Shown here: positions 48,882 through 57,614 of the stretch, piece after piece | How positions within the stretch are numbered: position 1 is the first letter of the stretch | How the letters are laid out: each line of letters starts with the position of its first letter | Origin: Planctomycetota bacterium | Lineage (GTDB): Bacteria; Planctomycetota; UBA1135; UBA2386 | DNA: 64,000 nt | NCBI GenBank assembly: GCA_965228735.1 | Contig: OZ245838.1 | Span: forward strand, 4,128,001 to 4,192,000 | Direction: 5' to 3' | The notes under the pieces: model-generated | What the model was told of the DNA's origin: nothing | The model's input: the letters and a program-made list of their open reading frames with translations, nothing else | The model's database searches: none | Program-made: the position numbers and the translations under genes

Positions 48882-50111
48882 ATGGCCGACCCCGTGCGCT
48901 ACGACCGCCGCATCCACACCGCGCGCCGGACGGCCGACTTCGTCTTCCACCAGCTGATCCCGTACCTCGGGAACAAGCGCCACCTGCTCGACGTGATCGG
49001 GCAGGCGATCGCGGCCACGGGAACGAATCCCCAGGCGGCCACGTTCTTCGACGCGTTCGCTGGCAGCGGCGTCGTTTCGCGTCACGCCAAGCGGCTCGGC
49101 TTCCGCGTCGTCGCCAACGACTGGGAGCCGTACGCGCTCACGCTCAACCGGGCAGCGATCGCGACACCGGCCGCGCCGGCCTTCAGCGCGCTCGGCGGCT
49201 ACGAGTCCGCGCTGCGGACGCTGAACGAGCTGCCCGGGCACGACGGCTGGGTCGCGAACAACCTCTGCCCGCGCGACGACGACGCCGCCGATCCACTCCG
49301 CGAACGCATGTTCTACCGCCGCGCGACGGGGCAGCGGATCGACACGATCCGTGACCGCATCGCCGAATGGCGAGAAACCGCGCTGATCGACGACGTGGAG
49401 GAGAGCTGCCTGCTCGCGCCGCTGCTCTACCAGGCCTGCTGGCTGTCCAACACGAGCGGCGTGTTCAAGGGCTTCCACGCGGGCTGGGGCGGCAGGAACG
49501 GCACCGCGCTGCATCGGATTCTCGCCGACCTCGAGCTGTCGCCGGCCCGGTTCCTCGACAACGGCCGCGACAACGAGGCCCACGCGCGCGATGCGCTCGA
49601 GCTCACGGGCGAGCTGCCGCGCGTCGACATCGCCTACCTCGATCCGCCGTACAACCAGCATCCGTACGCGAGCAACTACCACGTGCTCAACTCGATCGTG
49701 CAATGGGATCAGCCGGCGTTGCCGCCGCCGACCCAACGGGGCAGCAAGGCTGCGATCCGCGCGGACTGGAAGGCGCGCCGCAGTCCGTTCAATCACGCGG
49801 CGAGCGCGGCCGCGGCGTTCGAGGAACTGCTCCGCCGACTCGACGCGCGGCACGTGCTGACGAGCTACAGCACCGACGGCACGATCGCGCTGCCGGACCT
49901 CGTCGCGATCGCCGGGCGTCGCGGCCGACTGTCGGTGCTCTGCCGCGAGTACAAGCGATATCGCACGAGCCCGACGCGGCCGTCACCGCGACCGACGACC
50001 GTCGAGTTCGTGCTCGCGTGCGACACCGGGCAAGAGAACCGGCCGCAGGACTCGCGCGCCGTGCTCGCGACGATCGCGGCGCACGGCTCGGCGACGCAGA
50101 CCGCCGAATGA
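48882..50111 (+). CDS. DNA N6-adenine methyltransferase (D12/Dam-like class), apparently orphan
   Basis: YLGNK, FFDAFAGSGVVS (motif I), AYLDPPYN (motif IV). Confidence 0.9.
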   Translation: MADPVRYDRRIHTARRTADFVFHQLIPYLGNKRHLLDVIGQAIAATGTNPQAATFFDAFAGSGVVSRHAKRLGFRVVANDWEPYALTLNRAAIATPAAPAFSALGGYESALRTLNELPGHDGWVANNLCPRDDDAADPLRERMFYRRATGQRIDTIRDRIAEWRETALIDDVEESCLLAPLLYQACWLSNTSGVFKGFHAGWGGRNGTALHRILADLELSPARFLDNGRDNEAHARDALELTGELPRVDIAYLDPPYNQHPYASNYHVLNSIVQWDQPALPPPTQRGSKAAIRADWKARRSPFNHAASAAAAFEELLRRLDARHVLTSYSTDGTIALPDLVAIAGRRGRLSVLCREYKRYRTSPTRPSPRPTTVEFVLACDTGQENRPQDSRAVLATIAAHGSATQTAE

Positions 50112-50182
50112 CCCGTCCCGGTCCGTTCGTGCCCGAGCGCGTCCATTCGGGCGGCCAGACGGGCGTCGATCGCGCAGCCCTG
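50108..50182 (+). pseudogene. N-terminal remnant of a SLOG / 'putative molybdenum carrier' protein
   Basis: MTRPGPFVPERVHSGGQTGVDRAAL, coupled by ATGA to the MTase; similarity stops and the frame runs antisense into the next gene. Confidence 0.7.
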
Positions 50183-50211
50183 GTTTGCCGAGCAGTCGCT
50201 CGGGCGGTCCC

Positions 50212-51405
50212 TCAGCGCACGACGACCGTGCACGGCGTCGAGACGCCGAGCGCGTTCAGATCGAACGTCACGGCCTGGAACGTGAGCGGCAATCCGTCGA
50301 ACGTGCCCGGCACGTTCAACGTGAAGCCGAACTGTTCGGTCGGGCCGACGACTCCCGAGACGAGCACGACGGCCGTCGACTCGTCGAGCCAGAGCTCGCC
50401 GATCGCGCTCGTGGTCGGGCCCGCCGGGAAGCCGGCGTAGAGCCCGAACAGGTGGCCCTGCGGCGCGTGCACCGTCAGCGGCACCGCGCTCGCGGAGGAC
50501 GATCCGACGACGGACGGAATGCGCCGCACGTTCACGTTGCCCGCGAACGGCGCGCCACCGTTCTGCGGCGTCAGCTGCACCGCGGGCTCGAGGTCGACGA
50601 CGCCGCCCGACAGGGCCTGGATCGCGGACACGCCACCCTGGCTCGGAATCGGTACGCCGGCTTCGAACGCCGTGCTGCTGCCAGCAATGGTCACCGAGCC
50701 GGAGCGACAGACGAGCCCCGGCGCAGCCGTGATGATGAAGCCGACCATGCCGCCGTCGCCGCCGCGATACGTCCCGCCAGCGATGCGAACCCGTGACGTA
50801 CTCGCGTCGATGGCCGGCGGACTGCCGATGAGGTAGACACCGATCTCGCCGAGGAACGTGCAATCGACGAGCGCGACGTCACTCGACTGCACGTTGAGAC
50901 AGCCGCGCGCGCTGCCCGAGCAGCGCGTCATCGTCAAATGCGAGCACGCGTTGACGCGGAACGCGGCGGTCGTAGTCGAACTGAACCGCACGTCGTCGAA
51001 GTGCAGCCGCCCTTGGTTGAACTGCAGGACGAACAGAGCGCTGCTGCAGAACGACGGACACGCGACCGTGACATTGCGCATCGCGAACGTCTCACCCGCG
51101 GGCAGACTCACGACACCGATCCCGGCGGAGCCGGACGGCGCGATCGTCACCCCGGAATCGCCGAGGATCTCGATGCCCTTCGACGTCGTGAACGCGGAGT
51201 AGGTCCCGGCGCGCAGCAGCAACGTGTCGCCGCTCTGCGCCGCCTGCACGGCCGCGGGCAGTGAGGTGAAGTTCACCCCGGGTCCCGCTTGCGGCGCGAC
51301 GACCCAGGTCTGCTGGGCGACGGCCGTCGAGCCGAGTACGAGGGCAACCGGAGCGAGGAGGAACAGCGCCGCCGTCGGCAGCGCACACGAACGGAAGGCA
51401 AGCAT
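50212..51405 (-). CDS. Secreted beta-helix (pectin-lyase-like) protein with the shared C-terminal domain
   Basis: Signal peptide; FTSLPAAVQAAQSGDTLLLRAGTY beta-helix cap; ends GLPLTFQAVTFD...STP. Confidence 0.82.
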   Translation of the reverse strand: MLAFRSCALPTAALFLLAPVALVLGSTAVAQQTWVVAPQAGPGVNFTSLPAAVQAAQSGDTLLLRAGTYSAFTTSKGIEILGDSGVTIAPSGSAGIGVVSLPAGETFAMRNVTVACPSFCSSALFVLQFNQGRLHFDDVRFSSTTTAAFRVNACSHLTMTRCSGSARGCLNVQSSDVALVDCTFLGEIGVYLIGSPPAIDASTSRVRIAGGTYRGGDGGMVGFIITAAPGLVCRSGSVTIAGSSTAFEAGVPIPSQGGVSAIQALSGGVVDLEPAVQLTPQNGGAPFAGNVNVRRIPSVVGSSSASAVPLTVHAPQGHLFGLYAGFPAGPTTSAIGELWLDESTAVVLVSGVVGPTEQFGFTLNVPGTFDGLPLTFQAVTFDLNALGVSTPCTVVVR

Positions 51406-51559
51406 GGCTTGGCAAACGATAGTCCGTTCAGCGCAGCGGTAACGCGGTCGCGCGACGGTCCGGCACGATCCCACTGCCGGCGGTTCGTCGCGCCTGCGTC
51501 GGCGTTCCGACAGGTCGTGCCCGATGCACCGCAGACCGGGAAGAATTGCCGCTGGCACC

Positions 51560-51584
51560 GGAATCCCGGTCTTCACTCCACGTA
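51560..51584 (+). promoter_or_regulatory. Candidate ECF-type promoter GGAAT-N16-CGTA upstream of the ECF fusion gene
   Basis: Matches the common GGAAC-N16/17-CGT ECF geometry and ends 16 nt before the GTG start. Confidence 0.35.
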
Positions 51585-51599
51585 GCTTGCGAAGGCACC

Positions 51600-54176
51600 G
51601 TGACCGGATCTCCTCCCCTCCTCGATCAGCGCGAGCTCCTCGCCAACAGCGACCGCTTGCGGCGGCTCGCGCAGCGATTGTGCGGCGACCCGCACCTCGC
51701 GGAGGACCTGACCCAGGGCACGTTGACCGCGTTGGTCGAAACGGCGGCGCGACCGCCCGCGCAGCCCATCGGCTGGATGCGCGGCGTGCTGCGGAACCTC
51801 TGGCGCCAGCATCGTCGTCGTGAAGGCGTCCGCCGCGAACGCGAAGGTCTCGCCGCGCAGGCCACGACGTTGCCCTCGACCGCGGCGACGGTCGCTCAGG
51901 TCGAGATGCAGCGCCGCGTCGCCGACGCCGTGCTCGCGTTGCCCGAGCCCGAGCGCAGCGCCGTGCTCTGGCGATTCTTCCACGACGTGTCGGCCCGCGT
52001 GATCGCGACGCGACTCGGCGTGCACGAAGACACCGTGCACGACCGCATCCGCCGCGGGCTCGACCGCCTGCGCGACGAGCTCGGCAGCGACGACGACGAC
52101 CGCCGTGCGCTCGCCCTGTTGGCCACGGCGCCGTTGGCGACCCCGATGACGGCGACCCCGACGGCCGCGACCCGCACCCTGAACACCCCACTCGGAGTCC
52201 TGCTGTTGAACGCCAAGTCCATTGCCATCGTCGCGGCCGCCGCCGCGCTCGTCTCCGTGCTCTGCTGGACCGCGTGGCCCGACGATGCGCCGCCGCCCCC
52301 ACCCGACGACTCGACCGCCACGGCCAGTGCCAGTGCCAGTACCTCGCCGGACACGACGACCGCGGCGTCGCAGCTCGACCGATCGACGGCGCCAGCGCCC
52401 ACGCCAACGAACGCACGGCCCGACCCCGCGACACCGAACGAGATCGAGATCACCGGCCTCGCCTACGACGCCGCGGGCCAGCCCCTCGCCGACGTCACGC
52501 TGCGTTCGAACGCCGGATCGACGACGACCGAGAGCGGCCGCTTCACCCTGCAGTGCGTTCGCCCGGCCGACCGCGTCGTCGTCGACGACCCCGATTGGAT
52601 CACGGTGTACGCAGGACGCGTCGACGCCGCGACCGACGCTTCGGCCCCGACGCCGGTCGTGGTCGTCGCCGCGCGCCGCGCCACCGTGTCGGGTCTGGTC
52701 GTCGACGAAGACCGCATGCCGCAGCGCGGCACCCACGTCCGCCTCGTGCCGCCGAAGGGCTTCCTCACGACGTTCGCGATGCCGCTTGACCAGTCCGAGC
52801 CCGCGTTCGGCGAGTGGCAGACGCAGACCGGGGAGGCCGGCACGTTCGAACTCCGTGACATCGGACTGCTGAAAGGCCTGCGAGCGATGGCCCGCGCGCC
52901 CGGCTACCTGCCGGCGCTCGCGGATGTCAGCGCGACGCCGACCGCCGTCGAACTCGTGCTGCAGCGGCCATCCGCGGACGCGGACGCAGTCCTCGGCCAC
53001 GTGATCGATCCGCTCGGTGCACCCGTCGCCGGCGCCATGGTCTGCCTCGGCCCATCGCGCTCGCGCACGGACGCCGAGGGTCGTTTCCGCGTCGACCACA
53101 CGAAACGCAAGGATCACACGACGATCCAGGCGATGCACCGTGGCTACCTGCCGGCATCGGCGCCGCTGCCGGCGGCCGCAGGCGACCGACCGGTGTTCGT
53201 CGAGCTGCAGCTGCCGGGTGTCACACGCTCGCTCGCCGGTCGACTCGTCGATCGCAACGGCGCGGCGGTCGCCGGTGCGCGCGTATGGGTCGACGGCGCG
53301 ACCGCGTTCCGTGGCGGCATGTGGCAAGTCGAGGCCTACCTGGGCGGCGGCGCGACGAACGCCGAGCTGCGCGCGCGCGCCGACGACTCCGCGTCACTGC
53401 TCGAGCTGCAGGAGCGGCACCCGACCGCGTTCTGGGGCTGGACGAGGACCGCGGCCGACGGCTCGTTCGAACTCACGGGTCTGCTGGAGCAGGATTACGA
53501 GCTCGGCATCCTCGCCGGCGACGGCATGCACCGCGGCCGGGCCGGCCCGTTTTCCGCCGGCAGCACCGGCCTCGTCGTGACGTTCGCGCCGAACGTGCAC
53601 GAGGTCGTCGCCGGCAAGGTCGTCGGCATCGACGGCAGCCCGCGCGCAGGCATCGCGGTCGAAGCGTGTTGCCGGGTGTTCCACCGCCAATTCGACGCCG
53701 ACGGCTCGTCGCGCAGCGCCGTCCGGCACGGCCCCGTCGTCACGACCGACGCCGCGGGCCGCTTCCGGTTCGAGAACCTCGGCGCCGACGGGCTCTTCCT
53801 CGCGATCAACGGCACGGCGATCGTCGATCGCGTCGCCGGCATGGCGGACGGCGCGCTGGCCGGCGCGGGCCTCGGGCCGATCACCGACCTCGCGATCCCG
53901 GTCGCGGATCGGACGCACCTGCGGGTCGAGCTCGCGGACCGGCAGCTCGCCGATTCGTTCCGCGTCGTCGATGCGGAGGAGAATGCGCTGCCGCTCGCCA
54001 ACTTCGAAGACGGCGGCATGACGGTGCACCACGCGGGCACGCTGCACGACGGCAGGAGTCGGGTCTACGCCGTCGCCGGAACGGCGGCCGCGGTGATCTT
54101 GCAGCGCGCCGGCGCCGACGTGCGGCGCGTCCCGGTGCGGCTCGTGAGCGGTGAAGTCGTGACGGTGCGCGGCTGA
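51600..54176 (+). CDS. ECF sigma factor fused to a TM helix and repeated carboxypeptidase-regulatory-like (Ig-like) domains
   Basis: LRRLAQRLCGDPHLAEDLTQ, LPEPERSAV...IATRLGVHEDTVHDRIRRG; TM IAIVAAAAALVSVLCWTAW; repeats G.V.D..G.P.AGA.V...TDA.GRF. Confidence 0.9.
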   Translation: MTGSPPLLDQRELLANSDRLRRLAQRLCGDPHLAEDLTQGTLTALVETAARPPAQPIGWMRGVLRNLWRQHRRREGVRREREGLAAQATTLPSTAATVAQVEMQRRVADAVLALPEPERSAVLWRFFHDVSARVIATRLGVHEDTVHDRIRRGLDRLRDELGSDDDDRRALALLATAPLATPMTATPTAATRTLNTPLGVLLLNAKSIAIVAAAAALVSVLCWTAWPDDAPPPPPDDSTATASASASTSPDTTTAASQLDRSTAPAPTPTNARPDPATPNEIEITGLAYDAAGQPLADVTLRSNAGSTTTESGRFTLQCVRPADRVVVDDPDWITVYAGRVDAATDASAPTPVVVVAARRATVSGLVVDEDRMPQRGTHVRLVPPKGFLTTFAMPLDQSEPAFGEWQTQTGEAGTFELRDIGLLKGLRAMARAPGYLPALADVSATPTAVELVLQRPSADADAVLGHVIDPLGAPVAGAMVCLGPSRSRTDAEGRFRVDHTKRKDHTTIQAMHRGYLPASAPLPAAAGDRPVFVELQLPGVTRSLAGRLVDRNGAAVAGARVWVDGATAFRGGMWQVEAYLGGGATNAELRARADDSASLLELQERHPTAFWGWTRTAADGSFELTGLLEQDYELGILAGDGMHRGRAGPFSAGSTGLVVTFAPNVHEVVAGKVVGIDGSPRAGIAVEACCRVFHRQFDADGSSRSAVRHGPVVTTDAAGRFRFENLGADGLFLAINGTAIVDRVAGMADGALAGAGLGPITDLAIPVADRTHLRVELADRQLADSFRVVDAEENALPLANFEDGGMTVHHAGTLHDGRSRVYAVAGTAAAVILQRAGADVRRVPVRLVSGEVVTVRG

Positions 54177-54204
54177 TCGCCGCGCGCGGCCACCTGCTCC
54201 TGGC

Positions 54205-55221
54205 CTACTTCTCGGCTGGCTTCTTGGCTGGCTTGCCGGGCGCCGGCAGGAAGTGGATGCCGTTCTCGCTGCGCGTCGTATCGAGCGCGAACGCATCGCG
54301 GTTCTGCAGGAAGTCGGCGACGTACTTCGACTGGATCGCGAAGTTGAGACCCTGGAAGCCGGTGTAGCCCGAACTGTTCACGCCGACAACCTCGCCGCGC
54401 AGGTTGAACAGCGGCCCACCCGAGTTGCCCGGGTTGATCGGCACCGTGATCTGGAAGTGGCAACGGCCCTCAAAGACGCGGTTCTCGACGCTGATGATCC
54501 CGCTGCTCACGGTGCGGTCGAGGCCGATCGGCGCGCCGATCGCGTAGACCTTGTCGCCGACGTTCATCGCGTTGCTGTCGCCGAGGAACACCGTCTTCAG
54601 TTCGAGGTCCTTCGGCGGCTCCATCTTGACGAGCGCGAGGTCCATCGCGGGATTGATCGCGTCGACGCGGCACTTCTTGATCGTGCGCGGCTCGAAGCCG
54701 TTCTTGCCGACGTGGTAGACGACGACGTCGACCTCGACCTCGCGCGCGACGACGTGGAAGTTGGTGACGATCCAACCGTCACTGTGCGTCACGAACCCCG
54801 AGCCCTGCCCGCCGGCGGCTTCGATCTTGACGACCGCCTCGCCGAACAACTTGCTGCCCTCGGCCACCGACCGCTCGGGCAGGTCTGCCATCGCGAACAG
54901 CGTCTCGCGCTGGATGTTGCCCGTCGCGCGCCCATCGACGCCTTCGCGCCGCACGACCGCCGCGACCGGCACCTTGAGCACGTCGTAGCCGACGTCGAGG
55001 AAGATGACCTGTTCGGTCTCCCGCACGACGCGACCACGCAGTTCGCAACCGCTCCCGAGATCGAGCCGTTCGACCTGCGTGCTGACCGCACTCGCGGGGC
55101 CCGCGGGCGTGCGGCTCTCCGTCCGCGACTCGGGCGGTGGCGGCGGCGGCGGGTCCTCGACACCGGGATCCTGACACAGCACCAGCAGACTCAGATTCGC
55201 GAGCAACATGCGGCTGACCAT
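54205..55221 (-). CDS. Trypsin-like S1C serine protease without PDZ (start may be 55209)
   Basis: GSGF, VTNFHVV, DLALV, AIGAPIG, INPGNSGGPL. Confidence 0.93.
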   Translation of the reverse strand: MVSRMLLANLSLLVLCQDPGVEDPPPPPPPESRTESRTPAGPASAVSTQVERLDLGSGCELRGRVVRETEQVIFLDVGYDVLKVPVAAVVRREGVDGRATGNIQRETLFAMADLPERSVAEGSKLFGEAVVKIEAAGGQGSGFVTHSDGWIVTNFHVVAREVEVDVVVYHVGKNGFEPRTIKKCRVDAINPAMDLALVKMEPPKDLELKTVFLGDSNAMNVGDKVYAIGAPIGLDRTVSSGIISVENRVFEGRCHFQITVPINPGNSGGPLFNLRGEVVGVNSSGYTGFQGLNFAIQSKYVADFLQNRDAFALDTTRSENGIHFLPAPGKPAKKPAEK

Positions 55222-55319
55222 AGACGGCGCGGCTGACGTCCGCGAGTCCCGGTCCGCGCCCGCCGCGCGACTTGCATTCTGGCGGAAAGGCGCGAGATTC
55301 GGAGGCGATGCATCCGCCC

Positions 55320-57455
55320 ATGACCTCGCTCCTGTCGAACGCCAGACTCGCGACCCTGCTCTGCACGGTGTCGTGCGCTGGCGTCGCGCTCGCCCAGACG
55401 GCCCCGCCGATCCCGGTCGAACTGCGCAGCCGTTTCGGCTTCGACGGCCCCGTGATCACCAAGATCGGTGACGGCATCTCGTCGCTGCGCGTCGCCGACA
55501 CCGACAACGACGGTCGCCTCGACGTGGTCGTTTCCGATCCGCGGCGCGCGCGCCTCGCCATCGTCCGGCTCGACGAGGACGGGAACGCGACCAAGGACGC
55601 GATCCCGACCGACGGCCAGATCGGCGGGTTCTCGTTCGGCGACTTCGACGGCGACGGCAAGACCGACTTGCTGACGACGACCAGCCGCGGCCGACTGCAG
55701 CTCGTTCGCCTGGCACAGGACGAGACGACGGAGTTGCTCGACCTCGGACTCGGCGGCCGCGGCATCGGCATGTATGCGGGCGACCTCGACGGCGACGGCG
55801 CCGACGACGTCGTCGCGATCAGCCGCGACGGCCTGCGATACGTCACGCAGCTCGGCAAGCAGCCGGTGCTCTCGCGCATCGAGCCGTGGGAGAACAACGC
55901 CCACAGCTTTCACCTCATCGACTACGACAGTGACGGCAAGCTCGACATGACCTACGTGGTGTCGACGCCGACGATGAACCTGCGGCTGCGCCGGAACAAC
56001 GGCGACGGCACGTTCGGCCCATGGCAGCTGGCGAGCATCGACTCGTTGCACCACGTGTTCCCCGCGCGGATCGCGGGCGGCGCGCAGGGCCTGGCGACGA
56101 TCGACGGCCCGAATCGACGGCTCACGATGCAGCGTTTCGCGCCGAGCGGCGGCCGCGCGCGCCTCGAGTGGTGGTCGCTGCCGGGTGCGAAGGGCACGGG
56201 TGCTTTGCCGTTCGCCATCGGCGACATCGACAACGACGGCGACGACGACCTGGTCATGGCGCAGCCCGATCAGGCGCAGCTGCTCGTCTTCGAGTGGACG
56301 GGCCGGACATTCGCCATGCAGACCGTCCCGACGCTCGCGGGCGTGAGCTCCCTCGCGCTCGGCGATATCGACGGCGACGGCAAGGTCGATCTCGCGATCG
56401 CGAGCGACGAGGAGGAGACGCTCGCGTGGAAGTCGGGCACGGCCGACCTCACGGCGTTCCCCACCCCGATCGATTGCCAGGACAAGCCGGCCGCGGTGGC
56501 GATCGCCCCGGACGGCGGGCTCGTCGTGCTCACGCGTGACAGCCGCCGCAACGGCGCGCTCTACCGGGTGGCGCCCGGCGCGGAACCGAAGAAGGTCGCC
56601 AAGATGGGTCGTCTGAGCTCCGCGCCGCCACGGCTCGTTCTCGCGGACGTCGGCGATGCGGAAGGACTCGAAGCCGCGTTCGTCGGCCCCGACGGCCTCG
56701 TCGTCGTGACGCTGCCCGACAAGGCCAGCGCCACGGTGCTCGACGTCGATGCGAAGGACGGCGCCGCCGGATTCACGAAGCGCATGGCCGACGGCGCGCT
56801 GCTCCTGTGCGAAGAAGGTGGTCAGCCCGCGCTCATGGCCGTGCGCGAACGCTTCCTGCGCCGGTTCCGCGTGGGCCCGACCGGTCGGCTGCACGTCCTC
56901 GCGCAGGACAACGGTCCGGCCGGCATCACGGAGATGAGCCTCGCGGCCGATCTGCCCGACGGCAGCCGCGTCTACCTCGACAGCAAGGCCGACAAGCTCA
57001 CCCGGGTGCAGGACGGCGGCATGCCGACGTCGATCGACGTCCCGCCGCTGCCGTTCACGCACATCGCCGCGCACGGCACGGCGGTGCTGCTGCTCGGCCC
57101 GCAGGGCGTGTTGCGCGTGCCGTTCGGACCAGGACCCGCGCTCGAGACCGTTGCGATCCACGAACCGCCGACCGTCCGCACCCACTATTGGCACGGCCTC
57201 GCCGGCGACTTCGACGGCGACGGCACGACGGACCTCGCCGTGATCGACGGTCATCTGCCCGGCCTGCAGATCATCGCCGGCGGCGAGAACACGCTCGCCC
57301 GGGCGCTCGCGATGCCGGTCTACGAGGCGCCGCCGAGCGACGAATCGCACCGCGAACCGCGCGACCTACAGGTCGGCGACATCAACGGCGACGGCCGGAT
57401 GGACATCGTGCTGCTGGCGTTCGACCGGGTACTGGTCTACCTGCAGCAGCCGTAG
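55320..57455 (+). CDS. Secreted FG-GAP/VCBS-repeat protein
   Basis: Signal peptide; repeated (G)DxDGDGxxDL calcium-blade motifs. Confidence 0.9.
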   Translation: MTSLLSNARLATLLCTVSCAGVALAQTAPPIPVELRSRFGFDGPVITKIGDGISSLRVADTDNDGRLDVVVSDPRRARLAIVRLDEDGNATKDAIPTDGQIGGFSFGDFDGDGKTDLLTTTSRGRLQLVRLAQDETTELLDLGLGGRGIGMYAGDLDGDGADDVVAISRDGLRYVTQLGKQPVLSRIEPWENNAHSFHLIDYDSDGKLDMTYVVSTPTMNLRLRRNNGDGTFGPWQLASIDSLHHVFPARIAGGAQGLATIDGPNRRLTMQRFAPSGGRARLEWWSLPGAKGTGALPFAIGDIDNDGDDDLVMAQPDQAQLLVFEWTGRTFAMQTVPTLAGVSSLALGDIDGDGKVDLAIASDEEETLAWKSGTADLTAFPTPIDCQDKPAAVAIAPDGGLVVLTRDSRRNGALYRVAPGAEPKKVAKMGRLSSAPPRLVLADVGDAEGLEAAFVGPDGLVVVTLPDKASATVLDVDAKDGAAGFTKRMADGALLLCEEGGQPALMAVRERFLRRFRVGPTGRLHVLAQDNGPAGITEMSLAADLPDGSRVYLDSKADKLTRVQDGGMPTSIDVPPLPFTHIAAHGTAVLLLGPQGVLRVPFGPGPALETVAIHEPPTVRTHYWHGLAGDFDGDGTTDLAVIDGHLPGLQIIAGGENTLARALAMPVYEAPPSDESHREPRDLQVGDINGDGRMDIVLLAFDRVLVYLQQP

Positions 57456-57614
57456 CCCGGAAAACGTCCCGCCGCCCCGGGACCGGATCACCGCGCCCTG
57501 CCGGGAATCCGGAGTTCTGCCGGCTGCGACTTGCGACAGTTCGGCCGCCGGAGAGGCTACCTGGACGGGGGCACCATCGCGGCGCCCCCGTTTGCTGTCC
57601 TCCGTGGGAACCCC

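Noticed and set aside
48882..50111. Complete restriction-modification system
   Set aside because: No endonuclease or specificity subunit is recognisable on either side
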